In this document: positions 59,001 through 64,000 of the stretch, one piece after another
Numbering within the stretch: the first letter of the stretch is position 1
Layout: each line of letters opens with the position of its first letter
NCBI GenBank assembly: GCA_963678065.2
Contig: CAXXVZ010000004.1
Location: forward strand, 544,001-608,000
Direction of reading: 5' to 3'
DNA from: Treponemataceae bacterium
GTDB taxonomy: Bacteria; Spirochaetota; Spirochaetia; Treponematales; Rectinemataceae
DNA length: 64,000 nt
Notes under the pieces: model-generated
Databases searched by the model: none
What the model saw: only the letters and a program-made list of their open reading frames with translations
What the model was told of the DNA's origin: nothing
Translations under genes and position numbers: made by a program

Positions 59001-62000
59001 GCCTGGGCCGGGAGTCGGTTCCGGGGCAGCGCCCGAGACTGCGGCGGATGCGGCGCGCGGAATGTCGACCTTGAAACTGCCGTACGGCGACTCGACTCGC
59101 TCGTACCGCGTGTGGATGCGCGACGCGGCGCCCTGCTGGCGCGCGACCTTCCATTCGATCTTCGCGATCTCGACCGAGGCCTTCCGTCCCGCCGAGCCGC
59201 CGTACTCCTTCCCCTCCGGATCGATGAGCACGGCCTCGAAGGCGGCGGGCACACCCTTCTCCGCGACGGCGAACCAGGGCCCCGCGCTCCCTTTCAGCCG
59301 GAGGCCGATGGCGAGAGAGGCGGGATGGACGAAAATGTTGCGGGAAGCGCCGACGAGGCGCCCGCTTGTGGTGTCCGAAACGTTCAGGTTGAAGGTGTAT
59401 GTCCACGGCCGGCCAGCCGCGTCGCGGGCGCTCGTCGATATCGAGTGCGAACCTTCCCCATTCGCGGACAGTGTCCCCGACTTTTCGTCGAGAGTGGAGC
59501 GGGTTCCTTCTGTCCCCGGGCCGAAGGCGAACTCCGACCAGGCAGGGCCGAAATCGAACCAGGCCGGCTCGCGGGTCCAGTAGGCATCCCAGGCGGCGCC
59601 CGCCAGGGCTCCACCGGAGAGATAGGAGGCCGAAAAATTCACGGCCAGGGGATCTCCGGCGAGGGAGGTCTTCGCGGGCGTTCCTGCCGAGACCGAAAAG
59701 AGCTGCTTCCTGAAGCGGGCGACCGTGATCCACTCTCGCACCTGAGACCTGTCCGAGAAACCCTCGGCAGGCTTGCCGTCCTCGCCGTAGGAACCCGATC
59801 CCCGCTCGTACAGGATCGAGTACTCGCCGGGCTCCGCCTCCGCGGGGAGAACGAATGTTCCGTAGAAGCCGCCGAGCTCCGATGCCGTCCCGCGCAGGGT
59901 CATGATCGGTTTTGCGTCCCATTCGGGCGGCATGAGATGGATAGTCCAGGGACCGCGGTAGGGCGAGTATCTGCCCAGACTCAGATCCCGGTCGATTCCG
60001 CGGAACCCGAGCTCCTCACCCGGCCTGTATATCTTGCGGTCGGAAAAGAGGAAGGCGACCTGACGCGGTTTTTCGACTTCGGCTATCGTCTCCGTGGCCT
60101 GCACGGGGCCGGAGTACATGTCGTGAGACTCGTTCGGCACAAACTCGATCCTGTCCGTCCCGCTTTCGACCCTGATTCTGAGCGCGTCCCGCGTGCCGTT
60201 CCGCCAGCCATTCCTCCAGTCATCGCCTTCGTCGGAGCCGGCCGCGCCGGAGCCGGGTTTTGTTCTGATGAAGGACGAACGGTACTCGCCGGGCGCGAGG
60301 GAGAAGACGGCGAGCCCGCGCGAGTCGGTTTTCCCGCTGCGCACGGGAACGCGGTCGCCCATGAGGGTGACCACTGCCCCGGAGACTGGCAGGCCGGAGG
60401 AGAGCTTCGTCACGAGGCAGACCGCCCTGTTGTAGGCGTAGCGCAGTGTGAGGCCGAGGTCCGTAACCTGGACTATGAGAGAGCCTTTCCAGTCCTTCGG
60501 CTTCGGCCCCGCCGGCCTGAAACTCCAGTCGATGCCGACAGTTCCCGTCCCTCCCGCCCCGAGCCAGGGCGCAAGGTCGATCATGCCGAAGCGCCGAAGC
60601 CTCGGCTTCACGCCCGACATGTCGTAGGGTGGAAGCTGGTCAGGCCGCGTCGTCCCGTAGGGATCGCCCGCCGGGGCGACACTGAGACCGCCCGAGACCA
60701 TGTTTTTCATGCTGAAGACAATCCGCGGCGCCTGGCCGGCCTCGAGCATGCGGGTTCCCGAGTCGGGGAATTCGACATAGGCGCGGTCCGGCCTCGTCTT
60801 CACTTTCACCTCGACGGCCTGCCCGAGCTTCCTTCCGTAGATGTCCGAGATGCCGGCCGCGAGGGTGAGCCGATACTCGCTGCCTGAAGCGAGGGAGAGG
60901 TCGTTCAGGCGCACCGTGCCGCCGTGAACGGAGATCGCCGAGGCGGGGATGGTCGGTCCGGGTGAAAGCGTGACCGCGCCCGCGAGACTTTCGGGTTTGA
61001 CGGGGTGGCTGAAGGAGAGGAAGAGCGGATTCCTGTCGGGGACCTCGTCATCGTCGAATTCCCAGGACTGTTCCGAGTATTCGGAGTATCCGAAGGGCAA
61101 CAGGGTATGGAAAGAGAGACTCCGCTCCTTTTCGCTGCCGAGGAGGCCGTACGCGGATTTCGCGCCTGCGCGCAGGGTGACGAGGAGGTCTTCGTTGAAG
61201 GGCGGCACCTGTCGCAGCTTCACCCTCAGGTATCGGTCGATGCCGTCCCGGTAGGCAAATCCTTCCTTCGCGGCGGGCGGGCGGGACAGGGAGAAAGGCA
61301 TCCTCCTCCCTCCCGCGGTCAGATCGAGCGACTTCCCGACGATGGCGGGATCGACGGCATAGTTGAAGCGGATGAGAAAATCGCCCGCGCGATCGGGAGG
61401 GATGTCCGTCATGGCCGATTCGTCGACGTAGCCCTCCCCGTAATCCGGCCGCGCGTGCGAAATGTCGCCGGGGATCAGTTCCCGCATCGCGAGGTATTCG
61501 GTATGGAAGCTGAACGAAGTCGCGCCTTCGAGGCGCGAGCCGTCGAGAGCCCTCATGTCTTTCGCGAGGCTGACCGTGTAGAGGCGCTGCGAAAGAATCT
61601 CATCCGCGGCTTCGAAGGCGAGCATGCGAGAGCCGTACCAGCGGTACAGGCCGCGGGGATGCGGTTCGATCTTCATGAGAGGGGTCGAGGTCATTGTCGC
61701 GCCGAGCTCCGAGAGCGGGACGACGGGTTTGGAGAATACGACGTAGACCGAAGGCCGCCCGATGGCTGCGGGCAGCTCGTCCCGGGGTCCGAAATCGACG
61801 ATGGTGAAGGCGCCGCCCGCGCTCTCTTTGTTTCCGGCGGCGCCGGAGTTGTCGCCGCCGGGCAGGACGCTCGGGCCGGGGGAGCTTCCGGCGGCGCCCG
61901 TGGGCACCGTGCCGCCGCGCAGGGCTGCCCGGTAATACGTGACCGGTCCCTCGGAGAGGCCCCTGTCGACCTCGCCTGCGGCCCAGGAGACTTTGCCGCC

Positions 62001-62183
62001 GGTCGGAATGGCGGGGACCGCGGGACCTCCCGGCTTCGAGCAGGACACAAGGAGGATACAGGCCAGAACAACGAGGCCCGCCGGGGAAAAAAGACGAGCG
62101 GGCAGAGAAAGCGACCAGGTGTTCCACCTGATCCCTGCGGATCCGCGGATTCGGCCGTATCCGGCCGGCGAGGACTTCAGCAT
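56016..62183 (-). CDS. bacterial alpha-2-macroglobulin lipoprotein
   Basis: Lipobox LVSC; DRKIYRPGE, RSDFRSTA, PDSLTTW, thioester YPYGCIEQ and PPAVAECMYEPE motifs; GGAGG RBS before ATG 62183. Confidence 0.93.
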   Translation of the reverse strand: MLKSSPAGYGRIRGSAGIRWNTWSLSLPARLFSPAGLVVLACILLVSCSKPGGPAVPAIPTGGKVSWAAGEVDRGLSEGPVTYYRAALRGGTVPTGAAGSSPGPSVLPGGDNSGAAGNKESAGGAFTIVDFGPRDELPAAIGRPSVYVVFSKPVVPLSELGATMTSTPLMKIEPHPRGLYRWYGSRMLAFEAADEILSQRLYTVSLAKDMRALDGSRLEGATSFSFHTEYLAMRELIPGDISHARPDYGEGYVDESAMTDIPPDRAGDFLIRFNYAVDPAIVGKSLDLTAGGRRMPFSLSRPPAAKEGFAYRDGIDRYLRVKLRQVPPFNEDLLVTLRAGAKSAYGLLGSEKERSLSFHTLLPFGYSEYSEQSWEFDDDEVPDRNPLFLSFSHPVKPESLAGAVTLSPGPTIPASAISVHGGTVRLNDLSLASGSEYRLTLAAGISDIYGRKLGQAVEVKVKTRPDRAYVEFPDSGTRMLEAGQAPRIVFSMKNMVSGGLSVAPAGDPYGTTRPDQLPPYDMSGVKPRLRRFGMIDLAPWLGAGGTGTVGIDWSFRPAGPKPKDWKGSLIVQVTDLGLTLRYAYNRAVCLVTKLSSGLPVSGAVVTLMGDRVPVRSGKTDSRGLAVFSLAPGEYRSSFIRTKPGSGAAGSDEGDDWRNGWRNGTRDALRIRVESGTDRIEFVPNESHDMYSGPVQATETIAEVEKPRQVAFLFSDRKIYRPGEELGFRGIDRDLSLGRYSPYRGPWTIHLMPPEWDAKPIMTLRGTASELGGFYGTFVLPAEAEPGEYSILYERGSGSYGEDGKPAEGFSDRSQVREWITVARFRKQLFSVSAGTPAKTSLAGDPLAVNFSASYLSGGALAGAAWDAYWTREPAWFDFGPAWSEFAFGPGTEGTRSTLDEKSGTLSANGEGSHSISTSARDAAGRPWTYTFNLNVSDTTSGRLVGASRNIFVHPASLAIGLRLKGSAGPWFAVAEKGVPAAFEAVLIDPEGKEYGGSAGRKASVEIAKIEWKVARQQGAASRIHTRYERVESPYGSFKVDIPRAASAAVSGAAPEPTPGPGATGAGRPAAFSFTPDSAGEYLVRISTRDASGREAVTALPVYVTGSGYARWNPERSEAIDLKPDRQLYLPGETAKLLIRSPLPAGRYLLTVEREGIFEERVVELAGSTSTVDIPIREEYLPIVYVSLSSYTVRTAPAATKWGEPDLDKPKGLFGLAALAVDSPSRRIFLTVEPDRASYLPGSKATVTVTASDSAGRPIQGAEVSFMAADRGVLDLVDYHVPDPHAHFYAPWNFPLATMGADSRSLLLDPVTYELKDLQGGAGDNGKAGEERSDFRSTAVFLPFLKTDARGKAVASFPWPDSLTTWRCTAIAADTDRFGIVESEIQVRNPVNAVALMPELLRLRDTVSAGLMITNLEKTDRRVSVSCSSDLLFAAEGGKEKSVLVKPGESARLEFRLMATKEGAGNVRYSVHTEGFSETLAQSVTVEGPRTFESVSLIGSTKEKAEEGLVLPARDFGPGSLDIVLSRSLLPALGGAFSYLFTYPYGCIEQRVSALEPLVLFGDRAQKYGIDSRVRGPRAVVDEGLAFIAKRQLPGGGFPYWPDGTTPNRYVSIRVAHLFFEAKERGFAVPETVDTRALLAWVASSPGRKGTQPGSTAGRDYLFAYADYVLSLYGFDVRARLEGILKDGANGGIVPYAFAGLALAASGDRDSAGRVFSSIRNYLVPSLRGVDLTDPAPVTSSWYSEAASDTDAMSLVLMLSRAIDPESELTGKLARTLLSSQAGGYWRSTAETVWALRALSLVIDDEERAAFATAPATAPAPSGIAGGSVAAGGKILLETTFGEGPSSALHLALDESPLRELPRGMTLPLDFRSPGGLPLHYAATLRYSLPEELALPRDEGLGVFTEVLSLDGKPADRSRLTEGSLYRMKIVVSSPRDRSFVALRVPVASGCEILDSRFVTTARVKEKPRAGGEADGGQVENPDAWVPEALQSIFDNEVRYFIDFFEKGQREMEFVFRAGTAGTFPVPPAVAECMYEPEFFGRGAGGVTVIGEGTRR

Positions 62184-63205
62184 GGTATCCTCCCGAGTGA
62201 TTCCCATATCGTCCGGTCGAGCGGAATGCCGGAAGCCCGGTATTCCGCCCTCGTTCTGAGACTCCTCGCGCCCGGATAGTCCACGGGCCGGGCCTTCTCC
62301 GTCGGTTCGAGACAGGCGAGCTCCCTTACGAGGGAAAGGACCTCTTCATGGAGCCTTTCCGCGTCCGGAAGTCCCGAAATGTCGAAGGCGATGAAAACTT
62401 GGGTGAGACCGAACTCTGAAGGGCGCCGGCCGACTCCGGAGACCCCGTCGCCGCCCGCGATGAGCATCCCCATGAGGTCGAGCATGAGGGAGAGCCCCGA
62501 ACCCTTCCAGTACCCCACGGCGACCGGCCGCCTCGCGTCGAGGATGGCTCCGGGATCGTCGGTGAGAGCGCCCGCGGCGTCGAAGCCACCCGCGACCGGG
62601 AGACGTCTGCCCTCTTTGCGGGCAGCTTCCATCTTCCCGTAGGAAAACTGGCTCATGGCCATGTCGAGCACGATGTGGGCCTCGCCTTCGCCCGGAATTC
62701 CGATGACGAGAGGATTGTTGCCCAGGAAGCACTCGCGGGCTCCCCAGGGCGGAAGGTTCGGCATCGTATTGGTCCAGCAGATTCCGATGAAGCCAGCCTC
62801 CGCGGCCTGCCATCCGAAGGCGCCGCCGCGCATCCAGTGGTTGGTATTCGCGAGCCCCACGCAGCCCACGCCCTGCGCCCGGGCGAGTTCCATGGCCCTG
62901 GACATCGAATCGCGGGCGTTCAGGTTGCCCGGTCCGAGGCGGCCGTCGTGCCGCTCCACGCAGCCAGACGCGTAGACAGGAATGGGCGAGGCCCCCGGCA
63001 CCACGTACCCCGCGTCGATGTACTCGAGGAAGCGGGGGAACCTGGCTATACCGTGGGAGTGGACCCCGTCGAGGTCGGTTTCGGCGAAGAGCCGCGCACA
63101 GTCCGATGCCCTGCCGGGGGAGAATCCGCGGGACTCGAGTATCCTGGCGAGCAGTCTCCACTCCTCTTCGTACGCGATCCGGATGCTGTCAGTCTTGGAA
63201 CCCAT
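62177..63205 (-). CDS. yiaK: 3-dehydro-L-gulonate 2-dehydrogenase (YiaK/DlgD, Ldh_2 family)
   Basis: DGVHSHGIARFPRF, NTNHWMRGG, ICWTNTMPNLPPWG, DMAMSQFSYG and GYWKGSGL motifs. Confidence 0.9.
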   Translation of the reverse strand: MGSKTDSIRIAYEEEWRLLARILESRGFSPGRASDCARLFAETDLDGVHSHGIARFPRFLEYIDAGYVVPGASPIPVYASGCVERHDGRLGPGNLNARDSMSRAMELARAQGVGCVGLANTNHWMRGGAFGWQAAEAGFIGICWTNTMPNLPPWGARECFLGNNPLVIGIPGEGEAHIVLDMAMSQFSYGKMEAARKEGRRLPVAGGFDAAGALTDDPGAILDARRPVAVGYWKGSGLSLMLDLMGMLIAGGDGVSGVGRRPSEFGLTQVFIAFDISGLPDAERLHEEVLSLVRELACLEPTEKARPVDYPGARSLRTRAEYRASGIPLDRTIWESLGRIPC

Positions 63206-63330
63206 ATGAGGAAGATTACCGCGGAAAGTCTCCGGAAGCTACCTGAAGCGCGGGCTCGTTCGAGTCAAGGAGGGGGCAGACCTGCCGAATTCAGCGGGCC
63301 TCCGGCTCGCTCAGACCCGCTCCCCTACAC

Positions 63331-63804
63331 TCAGTGCCCTGCGCCCTGCGCCATCGCCCGGCCGTGTTCCAGAAGGGGGACGAGGAGGCGGGCGCAGAAG
63401 CGCGCCCCCCGCTCGCTTCCCGGCATCGTGACGATGTAACTCATGCCGCGCATTCCGGCGTAGCCGCGCGAGAAGACGGCGTTCGGCGTCTCCTTCAGGG
63501 ACTCGGCGCGCAGGTAGTCCGCGATGCCGGGCATCTCCCGATCGCAGAAAGCCCGCGCCGCCTCGGGCGTGAGATCGCGCGGCGCTGGCCCGGTGCCGCC
63601 TGTGGTCAGTATCCAGTCGGCCCCGTCGGTCACGGCGTACTCAAGGGCGGCGCGCACCGGCTCGATACCGTCGGGAACGACGGAGAGCGACAGCTCCGCC
63701 TCCGGAAAGGCCTCGCGGATGACTTCGACGACGGCGGGGCCCGACCTGTCGGCGTAGATTCCGCTCGAGGCCCGGTCAGATACAGTAATGACCGCGATCT
63801 TCAC
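63331..63804 (-). CDS. MogA/MoaB molybdopterin adenylyltransferase family protein
   Basis: VITVSDR, DRSGP, TTGGTGPAPRDLTPEA, SRG and PGS motifs. Confidence 0.92.
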   Translation of the reverse strand: MKIAVITVSDRASSGIYADRSGPAVVEVIREAFPEAELSLSVVPDGIEPVRAALEYAVTDGADWILTTGGTGPAPRDLTPEAARAFCDREMPGIADYLRAESLKETPNAVFSRGYAGMRGMSYIVTMPGSERGARFCARLLVPLLEHGRAMAQGAGH

Positions 63805-64000
63805 GGCGAAGCTCCCCGCCTCTCAGCACCCGCGCGAAAATGCCGCGACGCGGCATGACGCAGTCGCCCACAAGAGCGCGTATCTCGCAGGCGGTGTGGC
63901 ACTCCTTGCCGATTTTCGAGACTTCGAGGAGAGTTTCCCCGAGCTCGAGCCTGGTTCCGACGGGCAGCTCGTGGAGTGCGAGTCCTCTCGTCGTGATGTT
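63776..64000 (-). CDS. MOSC-domain protein, C-terminal part (start beyond the window; not in the ORF track)
   Basis: Manual translation NITTRG...LPVGTRL...LEVSKIGKECHTACEIRALVGDCVMPRRGIFARVLRGG matches the MOSC Q/KIGKECH..C.I....GDC.MP.EG pattern. Confidence 0.85.
   Translation of the reverse strand, partial: NITTRGLALHELPVGTRLELGETLLEVSKIGKECHTACEIRALVGDCVMPRRGIFARVLRGGELRREDRGHYCI

Noticed and set aside
56214..60887. 1557-aa plus-strand ORF
   Set aside because: Antisense to alpha-2-macroglobulin, Arg/Gly/Ala-rich, with no recognisable domain.

Overview
A GC-rich bacterial chromosome segment, most likely from an anaerobic spirochaete (Spirochaetales, Treponema-like). This is inferred from the mitochondrial-EFG1-like EF-G lying outside the str operon and the plastid/chlamydial-type glycerol-3-phosphate acyltransferase. 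Most of it is housekeeping or metabolic: ROK-ppx-ppk1, an oligopeptide ABC operon, fusA, zwf-pgl, yajC-secD-secF, carbamate kinase, ispH-udk, alpha-2-macroglobulin-pbpC, yiaK/dlgD and Moco genes, plus three tRNAs (fMet-CAT, Ala-GGC, Cys-GCA). There are two accessory elements. (i) The end of a probable sugar-catabolic island (GH78 rhamnosidase, SDR, DapA-like aldolase, XRE-cupin regulator, truncated transposase) abuts the 3' side of tRNA-fMet. (ii) A full-length class C group II intron (44626-46550, minus strand) is inserted directly after the tRNA-Cys terminator, and its RT gene has an in-frame TAG. I found no CRISPR array, prophage, retron or DGR, and I cannot prove a new system from sequence alone. 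The best candidates for undescribed biology are a CHASE-like sensor hybrid pseudokinase (degenerate H, N, G1 and G2 boxes but intact receiver), a YmdB-like phosphoesterase with rewired metal ligands overlapping rseC, a condensation-type acyltransferase coupled to a zinc-ribbon membrane protein, a RecA-fold ATPase beside EF-G, a desulforedoxin-like microprotein, and an orphan pilin-like gene behind a perfect 22-bp inverted repeat. All family assignments come from motif recognition by eye, not database searches.
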